Source: Eledone cirrhosa | Lineage: Eukaryota | Direction of reading: 5' to 3' | Assembly: GCA_964016885.1 (NCBI GenBank) | Contig: OZ024740.1 | Coordinates: 306,776,001-306,840,000 of the forward strand | DNA: 64,000 nucleotides | Shown: positions 52,586-64,000 of the stretch, piece after piece | How positions within the stretch are numbered: the stretch's first letter is position 1 | Layout of the letters: the number at the start of each line of letters is the position of its first letter | Made by a program: the position numbers and the translations under genes | Notes under the pieces: model-generated | Seen by the model: only the letters and a program-made list of their open reading frames with translations | What the model was told of the DNA's origin: nothing | The model's database searches: none

Positions 52586-52776
52586 GCAGTGGTTTGGCAG
52601 TATCGGTAGAGCGTCGGACACCATGTTTTGCAGCATAGTTATGGCCCTTTGCGTTCTGAGTTCAAATCCGCCGAGGTTAACTTTGCCTTTCATCCTTACG
52701 AGGTCGATAAAATAAAGTACCAGTGGTGCACTGGGGTAATCGCTGGCCTTGTGCCAAAAGTAGAAAATTAATAATA
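52586..52776 (+). mobile_element. tRNA-derived SINE (Meta-domain-like family)
   Basis: Full head, B box GTTCAAATCC, core and tail. Confidence 0.88.
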
Positions 52777-53679
52777 TTGAGCTTATCTTAACTTCATTTA
52801 GATACGAATCAAGAGGATGTTTAGTTATGCATCAGGGACATGCCACAGGCAAATCTTAAAACTTGGTCTTCAGCAAAATAACATTTCTATTAAAATAATT
52901 TTTTAATATAAATACCAACATAACTTTTGGAGCAATAAAACACTCAGGTAAATTGATCTCAGTAGATGATTGATATTATTTCAAATGAATATTATTTATA
53001 AATTGGTGGAGAATGCAAAGCAGTCCTCATGACTTTGCAGGGTATCTCTAATTGGTGAGATTGACATAGTCAATGGCTAACTTAGACACCCAGATGGATG
53101 GAACTGGAGGTGGTGGAGTTAAATTCAGTTCGTGATTATTTTATTGGCTGCCTGGATGACAGGTCAAGCCAGCCTCAAATGTATTTAAACTCTGGACATA
53201 AGCCTAATGAAGAACATATTAGAAGGACAAATTACAAACACATTGAGGGGTTACACAGAATCGATTGCATTGGACCCAGTCATTTGTGACAATGATTGTT
53301 CCAGTTGGTCAAACAATGGAACAGCCAGCTCATAAGAATAACGTGTAAGGGGCTGAGCATTCCACTGACACATGTGACTCTGTGTAACATAACTTTGAAT
53401 TAGATACAACTCCATTTTGCCAGCTATGTGGGCTGGAGTAGCGTGAAATAGTGTCAAGAACACAATGCACGACTGAGTATCAAGCACACTGCTTATGATC
53501 GTGAGCTGAACACCCTAACCAAGAAGTATGGAAAGCCAAAATGTGTAAAAGGACTGAGCTAAGGGGTGAGTAATTTAGGAAAACATTATAGAACCAGAAT
53601 TACCCTGTGTACTCTAGCTTACAAATACATGTTGAGAATAGATACATTCATATATGATATACTAACCACTCTCATCCAC

Positions 53680-53880
53680 CTGGCACAAGACCAGCAATTT
53701 TGGGGGTGGGGAAAGTTGATTAAATCAACCCCAGTACTTTACTGGTGCTTTATTTTATCAACCCCGTAAACATGAAAGGCAAAGCTAACCTAGGCAGGAT
53801 TTGAACTCAGAACATAAAGAACTGAAAATTTATGTTGCAAAGCATGTTGTCCGGTGCTCTACTGATACTGCCAATCCACC
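53680..53880 (-). mobile_element. tRNA-derived SINE (Meta-domain-like family) upstream of the PH exon
   Basis: Reverse complement of the family, followed by a (CTA)n tract at 53883-54048. Confidence 0.8.
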
Positions 53881-53881
53881 A

Positions 53882-53913
<32 letters not shown>

Positions 53914-53976
53914 ATACTAATGCTACTACTACTACTACTACTACTACTAATGCTACTACTACCACCACTACTACCA

Positions 53977-54022
<46 letters not shown>

Positions 54023-54099
54023 CACTACTACTACTAATAATAATAATAGATTGTTTTCTAAATTGTATATCTAAAATCTTGTTTTCTCTTGTTTTGCAG

Positions 54100-54385
54100 A
54101 CGATGAAGAAAAAATTCTTTGTTCTTCGAGGAAATAGTAACTCAGGCCCAGCCCGGCTGGAATATTATGACTCTGAGAAGAAATATCGTTCATGCACTGT
54201 ACCAAAACGCTCCATCGAACTAAATTCTTGCTTCAATATAAACAAAAAAATTGACCCAAAACATAAACATGCCATTTCATTATTCACCAAAGATGATTGT
54301 TTCTCTATAGTAGCTGAAAATCCTGAAGAGCAGGATTCTTGGTTAGATTGTCTTCTAGATTTACAGAACACTCCATATCATTTTG
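54100..54385 (+). CDS. IRS: Insulin receptor substrate, PH-domain exon (phase 0 start, phase 1 end)
   Basis: Acceptor ttttgcag|ACG and donor G|gtaagt. Translation TMKKKFFVLRGNSNSGPARLEYYDSEKK...PKRSIELNSCFNINKK...EQDSW matches the IRS1/chico PH domain (IRS1 RFFVLR..GPARLEYYENEKK..PKRSIPLESCFNINKR; chico KTMKKKFFVL). Confidence 0.96.
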
Positions 54386-54525
54386 GTAAGTAAACTTCTT
54401 TATGGCTATCTATACAAGAGATGAGGAACATGTGGTCTTCTATGCCATTCTCTGCTGCCTTTTGAAAGAATAAAAAATGTCCAACTAATTTTTAATTTTT
54501 ATTTATATGTTTCTGTCTATCTTTT

Positions 54526-54633
54526 TCCCGCCGAGGTTGACTTTGCCTTTCATCCTTACGGGGTCGATAAAATAAAGTACCAGTAATGCACTGGGTGATT
54601 ACTGGCCTTGTGCCTAAAGTAGAAACAATTATT
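54526..54633 (+). mobile_element. 5'-truncated SINE (Meta-domain-like family)
   Basis: CCCGCCGAGGTTGACTTTGCCTTTCATCCTTACGGGGTCGATAAAATAAAGTACCAG...GTAGAAACAATT. Confidence 0.85.
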
Positions 54634-56595
54634 TTAATTTAAAACATAAGATGAACGTTTTTAAATAGCAAAGAGTAAAAGAAAATTCAACGAAATAATC
54701 CACACTGATAGACAGCCAGAATTAGTAGATCATAAGGGTCATATGCTCATGTTTTAGTTCTTATGCGATTCTAGAATGTACATTAAATTCCTGCTTGACT
54801 AGAGCCACAATCACCCAAGGTTGGTTGGTGAGAACCCACAGGGATTTAGTACACCAGTGATTATGGTTTCTTGAATGCAGCCTTATTGTATTACAAGTAG
54901 CTTAATATGGCCTTTCAACATGAAATGGTTCCCCCACCTTTGAACTATTGTTGCTGCTGCTCTTACTACAGCCCATGTACTATAATAGTATTGTGTCTGA
55001 TTATTATAGCCTATGTACTATTGTATCATATATACATTATACTACTATTAGTACAGCCTATAAACTATAAAAACTTTGTGTCTGAGTACTTTGAAAGACA
55101 GACTTATCGAGATTGTCGTTATTTTGTAGCACTAAATTAGCTTTATTTTCAGCAAATTTATGATCGGGTGCCTTTTAATTTTTTAAAGACGCATAGTGTG
55201 ATTTAAGGGAGATTTAAAATGTTCCCAACAAAGTCGAAATAGTGTTACATCTGTGTAACTACTAGACAAAGGGAGACAACACTCGGTAATATTATTAAGT
55301 AGCATAAATAACGTAACAGTACAAGTGTGTGAGTGTGTGTATGTGTTGTTTATACCGAAGTGTTGCATTGAGGTATAGTGACACAGCAAGGTGGAATGGG
55401 ATGTTGTGATATTCATTCCTTCCCAAAACGGTATAGCATCGAAAAGTAATTCAAATGGTTTATATCTCTCATTTTGAAATACCATTATTAAATCAAACAT
55501 TTCCAAAAGCAATTTTTTTTTTATAGTTATCTTAACAATATCAAATAAAAGTTGTTTTTGCTTGCGTGTCACGAAAATATTGAAAACCCTGGTTTTTGGT
55601 AACACAACCGGAAATAAATACTGGATTACTGAAATAAATGCCGGATTACACTATTATTTTACACACATCGTTTTTGGATAATGTTATAATTAAGGAAACT
55701 TATGTAATTCACTGTAGAAACACATGAATTAATTCTATATTGAAGCTATTTTTAGCTTTTCTAAAAACAATTTAGGGATTTTCCCTCCCTCCTCTTCATC
55801 AGTTGCACAGTTGCTTGAACTGCCAGAAATAGCAGCTATCTTCTGCCTGAAGTGAAGCTTACCATTGTAAAAATGGAATGAAACCTGATAAATGGAGCCC
55901 CGGAAACATTGTCAGAAAATAAGGCTGGGATACTTTAAATAGGTTTGATCAGAGCTTGCTTGGGGTTAAACAACAACACATAGCTATGCCAGCAGTGTGT
56001 TCTGGATACTCAAAGTATATAGCTTGTTTTATGAAACAATCTAAAGTCTTTTCATTGGAGTTTTCGCTGCAAACTTGAGAATTTTCCATATATTCAGATC
56101 ATTCATCATCATCGTCATTAGCAGTTTTACATCTGTTTCTCCATGATAACATAGGTTAGAGAAGAACGTTTCAGCTAAATACCTTTGTTTCACTTGTTAT
56201 TTAACCCTTTTCAGACTACCCTCTTTCAGATCTCCCATATTAATGTGTTCACTTTTAAGTTATAATCTCAATCAAAATCTCATTACAACATCAGTGACAA
56301 CATGAGGTTTTTGTTGGTCAATACTAACTTAATATACAAATATCTAAAATTAAAGATTTTATACTAAAAACTCTCAAATCTTGATTATATTGAAAAATAC
56401 TGGAAACATATGGGCAGTCTACTTATTAGAAATACAGCGACAAAAATAAATAGCAAATATAAATATCTTAGCTTCAGTAATCTATTTTCTCTGTCATGAC
56501 ATCCATATATTTATTAATTCACAACTCTTACTCTGATGACACCCTAGCAATTGTTTAATCTTATTCTTACCTCTGTTCTTGACTTTTATTTCCAG

Positions 56596-56735
56596 AATAT
56601 GTCTGGCAGGTAACTGTGAAACCTAAAGATCTTGGTGCTACCAAAAACATGACAGGTCAATTCCGGCTCTGTTTAACAAACCATGAAATCAGCTTGGTAC
56701 GACTGAATACAGAGATCCCTGAAGTCACATTCCAA
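56596..56735 (+). CDS. IRS: IRS PTB-domain exon, N-terminal half (phase 1 to 0)
   Basis: ttttatttccag|AA ... CAA|gtcagt. Reads (E)YVWQVTVKPKDLGATKNMTGQFRLCLTNHEISLVRLNTEIPEVTFQ, matching IRS1 [27 protein letters not shown]. Too short for the ORF track; phase fits the previous exon. Confidence 0.94.
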
Positions 56736-56819
56736 GTCAGTAACTTTTGAATATCATATACAATTATTATTGTGTAAATTGTCACATTTTTAAACAACAA
56801 CAATAACAACAATAAAATT

Positions 56820-57170
56820 ATAATGGTTTCTGATTTAGGCACAAGGCCAGCAACTTGGAGGGAAGTGGAAGTTGATTAAATTGATCCAGTATATAACTGG
56901 TATTTTATTTTATCAACCTCGAAAGGATGAAAGGCAAAGTTGAAACCAGAATATATAGGGCTGTAATGAAATGCTGCAATGCATTTCATCGAATGCACTA
57001 CTGATTGTGCCAACAGCAATAATAATAATTGTTTCTACTTATGGCACAAGGCCAGCAATTACCCCAGTGTATTACTGGTACTTTATTTTATCGACCCCGT
57101 AAGGATGAAAGGCAAAGTTAACCTCGGCGGGATTTGAACTCAGACTGTAAAGGGACATAACTATGCTGGA
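56820..57170 (-). mobile_element. Two tandem SINE copies (Meta-domain-like family)
   Basis: Two GGCACAAGGCCAGCAA...GGATGAAAGGCAAAG units in reverse orientation. Confidence 0.82.
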
Positions 57171-57597
57171 CATAACAACAACAACAATAATAATAATAAT
57201 AATGATGTGTGTATCTGTGCATCTTTCTGAAATACCACAGTACTGTATTAGACACAGCATTCTGGTAGATGCAACACAAAAATAACAGTCAAATCTCCAT
57301 TGAATCATACTTTACTGTCTTAGTAAAGGCAGTATAAATTAATTAACATAAATTTGACAAATGATGGGATAGTCATGGTTGGAATGACTTTCATCATAAG
57401 TGTGCTAAATCATGACTGAACTTTGGCTCAACAACAATAATACATGTTAGTAATGTTCTACATGTCTATGTTGCTGTACACAGTACTATGCCACATGTTT
57501 ACAATGAACTGGGCTATTTGTCTGCTCCACAATGTTCATCTATTAGTCTACCATTTTACACTCAGTATTTTACATGTACACTCACTTGTGTATAGAG

Positions 57598-57935
57598 ACA
57601 TCATCATCATCATCATACGTCTGCTTTTCCCTGCTTGCAAGGGTAGGACGGGAACTCATTCTGGCTTGATTTCTACAGCTGGGTGCCCTTCCTAACACCA
57701 ACCTCATTTACAGTGAGTGCTGGGTGCTTTTTTGCTGTGGCACCTCCATGACCACTTTGCAGTGGAATGATAGGGACTGGGGTCCCTATCATCTCATTTC
57801 TACAGCTGAGTAAACTGGATCAATGTGAAATAAAGTGTCTTGCTCAAGGAAACAACACATCACTCGGTCTGAGAATTGAACTCACAACATTTCGATTGCA
57901 AGGCCAATGCTCTAACCACTAAGCCATGTGCCTCC
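57598..57935 (-). mobile_element. tRNA-derived SINE with RTE-like tail (twin of 2045-2390)
   Basis: Near-identical to 2045-2390 over about 330 bp. Confidence 0.85.
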
Positions 57936-58465
57936 CGTATATATATATATTTGAATTTCGTATTTCTAAAGAAATACAGTATGTTTATAAATAAACATTT
58001 AGAAAGCCATAGCTATGAAAGACACTGGCAGCTAACGGCACCAAGCGGTGCTAGTCAGAAGCAAGGTGAACAATTGTTGATGTATTTCTAACTCAACTGG
58101 TTTTCATCAGGACGATCTCTCCTGCTCATGCAACTACCAAACTTTGAAAACAGGCGAAAATATATAGTTTTTTCGTCTGTGTAAATGAGGTGATTAATCT
58201 CATTTGCATATGAAGCTGTATAAGTTGTCTCAACTTAATATAGAATAGAATTAGAATTTAGCTTCGTACATAGCTGTATACAAATGTGTATTTGAATTTC
58301 GTATTTCTAAAGAAATACAGTATGTTTATAAATAATATATCTATATATACACCCACACCCATACATGCACCACCACCTCCACACAAGCACCACCACCTCC
58401 ACACAAATGAAAGAAATATTCATGAGTTATTCCAAATATATTTCTGTTTCTCTTTTGCTTATCAG

Positions 58466-58608
58466 CTTGGTTATATCCGACGGTGTGGCCATCGAGATTG
58501 CTTATTTTTCATGGAAGTGGGGCGTCTAGCTTCAACAGGGCATGGTGAATTATGGATGCAGGTGGAAGACCAAGCTACAGCTCGCAATATGCATGATTGT
58601 ATCTTGGG
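58466..58608 (+). CDS. IRS: IRS PTB-domain exon, C-terminal half (phase 0 to 2)
   Basis: cttatcag|CTT ... GG|gtgagt. LGYIRRCGHRDCLFFMEVGRLASTGHGELWMQVEDQATARNMHDCIL matches IRS1 [41 protein letters not shown]; both phosphotyrosine-binding Arg positions (IRRCGH, EVGR) are retained. Confidence 0.96.
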
Positions 58609-58834
58609 GTGAGTTCTTTTATTTATACTCTCAAACCTGAGGATTTGGGTTTGGTTGTTGATATGGCCAATACCTACACAGGTTTAACTGGCCTCTTATG
58701 ATGTTGCATCTGACATTTATTAAATGATTTAACCCTTTAACATTTAAACCGGCTGTATCCGGCCAGATTTCTCTCACCTAATTCTGTTCAAACCAGAAGC
58801 TACCATAATTGATGGTATATATTTTTTAATACAG

Positions 58835-59026
58835 GGAGATGAAGATGCCCATCAGCAGCTCGGACAGTGGAAATTTCCGGAATCGCAGCAGTAGTAGTTC
58901 TGGTAAAACAGTTGTCCTGCCATCTTGGAGTAATAATGAACATTCCTCGGAAAGTATCTCAATGTTCGATTCCAATCAGTTCCAGTTTAACAGGTCCCGT
59001 ACGGTTAGTGAAGGGCAACAGCTTAG
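58835..59026 (+). CDS. IRS: IRS exon after the PTB domain, Ser-rich (phase 2 to 2)
   Basis: ttttttaatacag|G ... AG|gtaagt, 192 nt. EMKMPISSSDSGNFRNRSSSSS...FNRSRTVSEGQQL resembles the IRS1 post-PTB FRPRSKS and RSRTES motifs. Confidence 0.88.
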
Positions 59027-59879
59027 GTAAGTTCTCTAATACCATAATTGAAAATTTCACATATGCTTGAAAAGGTTGGAGGGGCTGAGATATAATGAAA
59101 CAGGTAGAGTTTAATGATAGAATTTTAAAGTAGAAGTAGGAGGTTGTGGTATTTATGGCTTATCCAAATACCATGGTGATTGTAAGTGAAAACATTGAAG
59201 CTGTTACTAGTGAACAGCAAGGGAGCTGCTATGTTATCGCTCCATCTGCTAGAAATAGCAGCCAAAACTCCAAATCACACTCTACTGTCTTGCATTAAAA
59301 AAATACCACATTGTATAATGTACTGCTGTACACACACACACTAAAGGATTATCTTAATCAGGACTTGAATGCCTTTGATCAAGGTTCTACTCAATCAGAG
59401 CTGATCTGAGGTTGAAGAAGAAGCTAATAAAGGTGCTACCTGTTTCTATAAAGTCACTTAACTTGCTAATGTCCTAGATGCTGTATTTTTAAATCAAAAC
59501 AAAGCCTACAAAAAAAGGAATTACATTTGGTTGTACTCCTTTATAAGAGTAATAACTTTTATTAACAAAAGCCTCCACTCCTACTTTAACAGTTGACAGC
59601 TTAGCTTTAAGGTAAGTATCCAACTGTAAACCTTGCAGTATGCAGATGTCCAAATATTGAAAAAAAGAAATCCATTCCTAGTTAGCGTTAGAAAGGGCAT
59701 CTAACCATAGAAACCAAGCCAAAATCAGTTCTGTGTGAGCAAAACATGGTCTTCCGAGCTAGCTTGTCTCACAACGGGACAGCTCGCCTAACCCATGCTA
59801 GCATAGAAAATGGATATTAAACGATGAGGATGATGAACATAAGCACCAGCCATAGATTGGTGGAGGGGGAAGGACTTAT

Positions 59880-60660
59880 AGTAGATTAAATCAACTGAAA
59901 GATACTCCAACTCAGAACTTAAAGAACTAAATAGCAAGGCATTTTATCTGATTCTCTGTCGATTTTGTCAATCCACCTTATAATAATAATGATTTCTATC
60001 ATTGGCACAAGGTGAGACACTTTATAATCAATAATAATAATAATGATTTCTACTTTTGGCACAAGGCCTGCAATTACCCAGTTCATTACTGGTACTTTAT
60101 TTTATCGACCCCGTAAGGATGAAAGGCAAAGTTAACCTCGGCGGGATTTGAACTCAGACCGTAAAGAGCTGTAACTATGCTGGAAAGCATGGCATCAATA
60201 ATAATAATAATGATTTCTTATTTTGGCACAAGTTCAGCAATTTGTAGGGAGAAGAAAGTAGATTATAAAACCTCAGTACTTTACTGGTACTTTATCCAGA
60301 AGGATGAAAGGCAAAGTTGTTGACCTTGGAGGGATTTGAATTCAGAATGTAAAGGGCTGTAACTAAATGCAGCAAAGCATTTGCTCCAACACTCTAACGA
60401 ATTTGTTGTTCTACTGCCCTTCAATCATCATCATCATCGTTTAACGTCCATGTTCCACACTTGCATCAATCAATAATAATTTTTTCTACTATTGGCACAA
60501 GGCCAGTGATTACTGGTACTTTATTTTATTGACCCCGTAAGGATGAAAAGCAAAGTTAACCTCGGCGGGATTTGAACTCAGAACGGCAAGGGCCGTAACT
60601 CTATGCGTAAAAGCATGGCGTCCAACCCTCTACCGATACTGCCAATTCACCGCCCTATAA
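59880..60660 (-). mobile_element. Head-to-tail cluster of 4-5 SINE copies (Meta-domain-like family)
   Basis: Repeated TTTCTA..TTGGCACAAGG...GGATGAAA.GCAAAGTT...GGATTTGAA.TCAGA units separated by (AAT)n. Confidence 0.85.
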
Positions 60661-61378
60661 TAATGATAATAATTTCCATTTTTATTTTTATTTCTATTTT
60701 TATTTTATAGCATTTGCAAAAGTTGAACAAAAAAATTAAACTAACCTTCTCTTCTTTCATATTTTGAAGAAATATCTACTGTTTAAGTTTTTTGTTATCT
60801 CCCCTTTATATTGGTAAGTCATGTTTTCTATATTTACCAACCAATAAAAACATGTGCTATTAATTATTGATTAAGAAATGCATGTGTTTATTGATTGGCA
60901 AATACCCAAACATAACTCTACCAAAATACAACAACAACAAACTCTTGTAAGTTATAAATCGTGTTACTCTTTTAGACATTCCAGTGTGTAGGCTGTAGTC
61001 ATACCATTTTTACTTCTTAATTCTCAGTCATTTATAATCTTAACGAAGTAGGGCTTAGCATGTTGCCCACTCCATGGATGCCTTCAGCAGAATTCACTAT
61101 GTTGGTAGCATTTGGATCAAACTTTAGTACCACCCATGTTTATGGTTTTTCCTGCAGGCATTAACCTGTAGATGTCCAACCCATGCAAGCATGGAAAAGC
61201 AAACAAAATGATGCTGATGATGTTCAGGCTGGGCATTGGCTGCATCAGTTTCACCAGTTTATGAATGCAGTGCTCTGCAGTGGTTATGTGCATTGCCTGT
61301 CCTTGCCAAACTAATGTATATTAAAGCACCATTGATAACCACTGCTATGAAATAGTTAAACTGTTTTATTTGTTGCAG

Positions 61379-61495
61379 TCCTCGAAAAAATCGAATAACT
61401 CCTCTTGGCAATGAGAAGATGCGCCCTCAGAGCATGTACTATAAATCTTCCACCATTTCAGGAGGCACATCTGCTCTCAGCTCCAGTCCTGTCAG
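61379..61495 (+). CDS. IRS: IRS Ser-rich exon (phase 2 to 2)
   Basis: ttttatttgttgcag|T ... AG|gtaaac, 117 nt, open in the required phase: PRKNRITPLGNEKMRPQSMYYKSSTISGGTSALSSSPV. Confidence 0.78.
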
Positions 61496-62423
61496 GTAAA
61501 CTTGTCTTTAGCCATGATACATATTGTGTTGGCTGTAAAGTTAAGGTGCTGGACTACTGACTGATTGCATGGTCGTGATGTGTTCAAACCTTACAAGCAT
61601 TGTGTAGTGTTTGTGCCTTGGGCAAGGAATGTAACTATCTGATCTTAACATACATATAAATTATTCAGTGGTCCCACTACTAACAGTAGCAAAATGTAAC
61701 ATCATACAGTTACTTACTGCCAGATGAACTAATTGTGCGTGTGTATGTGTGTGTACATATTTATCAACAGGTTGAACAACTACATAGAAGATTCTTCGTT
61801 GCCATTCTTATCTTCTTGGGTTCTAATGATTATCACTGATTTAGTTCAGTTTAAAATGAGATTAAAGGTTTAATAATTCTTGGAAATGTTACATTGTTGA
61901 ACAAAAGGTAAAGCTCCTGATAAATGAAGGTTGTAATTCAGTTTTAATTCTGAGTTGCAGGCTTTTTGCATTTATATGCTTGGAAAATGTATGAATATCT
62001 CAAAACCCTTTTCAACCTGTTAAAAAATAAAGCTATCTATGAACTGATACCCCTTCCCCCTAAAAACAAAAACAAAACAAAAAAACTTCCTTTGCACTAT
62101 ATCCCTGCATGTTGTAAGAGATGGGTAAAATACATTTGGCTGTAGAACACTACCTCAAAAATCCCCAGTAGGTGTAAAAATGTTGATGATACATGTCGGA
62201 TTCAGTCTTTGTTGCATGAAATAAGTATGAGAAACAGGTAGCATTCACTGTTGGCAATGGATCCACTGTATAATTAACAAGTGTTTTGTTAAATGGCATT
62301 GTTGTGTACTAAGTCCTTTCATAGATGTTATGGTAGACAATATGAAATATAATGTTCATTCTTTCCTTTCTAACACCTTCAGTAGTATAAAATATACACT
62401 CACACATTTTGTACTGCATATGG

Positions 62424-62588
62424 CTGGCATGGGCAACCTTTTACAAGGAGTGGGCCACATAGGATGTGGCTCATCATAAAAGGGGAGCACACTACTAATA
62501 AATTCAAGGCAATTTTTAAATAAGACGTGCCATTCAGAAAGCCAAATGGGTCGCATACGGCTCATGCATTGCAGTTTGCCCATGACTG
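62424..62588. mobile_element. hAT (Charlie-like) MITE
   Basis: Termini CTGGCATGGGCAA...TTGCCCATGACTG with near-perfect 8-bp TSD GCATATGG/GCATATGC. Confidence 0.75.
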
Positions 62589-63784
62589 GCATATGCACAC
62601 ACAGCACATACCAAAAATGAAATACGAGTGCAACATGAACTTTGCAAATTGCATCTAGGTGGTCGTAATTCTGGATAAGAACTAATACAGGTTGAGGTGT
62701 GTGTGTATGGGGGATGCTATTTAAGGAACTTACTGAATGCCCTGACACCAACCAAGGGGATTGCTGAGTTCCTACGCACAGGTGGGTTGTTATAATTATG
62801 ACTAAGGAATCCCATCTAACCCCAATTTTGAAATCAGAGTGACCCGTCTTCTAGACAGACTGCCACCCAAGACTGACGATTTCTGTTTAATTGGAGCAAC
62901 TGGTTTTAAGTAACTCACCTTCCTTTCTTCACTTCATTTCCATTACAGGAAGGCCAGGAGTTTGTCTTCAGTTGTTGGGCTATATGAGATGCAAGCTGTT
63001 TGGGACATTTTAGGAGAGAGTAGATCCTCAAGCCTACTCCCACCCAGATATGATAGCCTTAAATACACACGTACACTTAAGTACAGGCATATGTATACAT
63101 ATGCCTCAGAAATATACAGAAAGTGCCAACTGAGTATTGAAACAAAATTATAGTTATCTGACAGATAAATAAGTCAACCCATTAGTTACCAACCTGGCCA
63201 AAACCAGCCCTGGTTCTATGAAATATAACACCCATTTTAAAGGTTTCTAATTTAAATTAAAATCTTCCAGCTTAATTTTATATAAGAACCTTACATTAAG
63301 TTACTATCTTAGTAATGAAATAATTGATAATTTTAGTAAATCCCTCAAAATTCTTCATTAATTAATTAAAATAGAGTGTATTTCATTAGACATGCAGTCA
63401 CGGAAGTGTCAAATTAGCTATGATACATTTATAGTGTTTGTTGCATGAATGCACGGCATGCAATGTATCCCCAAGATATATAAATGAATGTAAATAATAA
63501 ATCCTTTATTATTTTAATGAGACAGCTGGAAAGTAGGTTCATACATGTATATGTATCCTACTTCAATTATATAGTTTTGATTTTAAAAGTTGCATGCTCT
63601 CTTTCTATCTCACACGTGCACATATGCAGTTCTGTCTGCCTCATTAGTTCTCTCTCCCATCTTTCTAATACTGCAATACAAGAATGCTACATCCTATTAA
63701 AGCCTTCTTCCCCATTTTTTTCATACATTTTATTCATGTTAAGCTCTCATTTTCATTTAGTTGTGCTTTCTTATTCTCTTGTAG

Positions 63785-63910
63785 CCATTATGACTATTAC
63801 CCACATGTAGGACACAGGTTACGTTCTGACAGCACCGAATCCCATGGATCTCGTAGCAGTTATTCCGCTGAAAGTTGTGCCTCAAGTCCAGCTGTGGAAA
63901 TTCCTATTGG
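63785..63910 (+). CDS. IRS: IRS Ser-rich exon (phase 2 to 2); gene continues beyond the window
   Basis: ttattctcttgtag|C ... GG|gtaagt, 126 nt: HYDYYPHVGHRLRSDSTESHGSRSSYSAESCASSPAVEIPI, containing the RxRxxS motif RLRSDS. Confidence 0.8.
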
Positions 63911-64000
63911 GTAAGTACTGTCTTTTTAGTTGTTTTATTATTAATGTTTTATCTCTTGATCAGTCCTCACCAATGCATTCCAACTGTGACCACCTCATTT

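Noticed and set aside
53920-54099. Poly-Leu signal-peptide-like N-terminus of the ORF containing the PH domain
   Set aside because: It is a (CTA)n microsatellite upstream of a clear splice acceptor at 54099; IRS proteins are cytosolic.
58286-58465. N-terminal extension of ORF 58286..58612
   Set aside because: Intronic repeat sequence before the acceptor at 58465.

Overview
AT-rich, microsatellite-dense animal genomic DNA. The SINE and repeat repertoire resembles coleoid cephalopod (Octopus-like) DNA; this is an inference from recalled repeat motifs, not a search. The only host gene I can support is an insulin receptor substrate (IRS/chico-like) gene on the + strand. Six phase-consistent GT-AG exons (54100-63910) encode most of the PH domain, the complete IRS-type PTB domain and a Ser-rich region with RxRxxS motifs, and the gene continues past the window end. 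The exon carrying the first PH strand (GYL..K) was not found, so most of 1-54099 may be a very large intron. That region holds decayed transposons (hAT transposase; CR1-, RTE-, L1/Tx1- and four CRE-like retroelement fragments), TA- and 8-bp-TSD MITEs, and many tRNA-derived SINEs. The most striking unexplained structure is a set of palindromic elements in (TA)n tracts that carry type I hammerhead ribozyme motifs, resembling Penelope-like element termini. One is a perfect ~104-bp palindrome (48940-49043) encoding a complete hammerhead on both strands.
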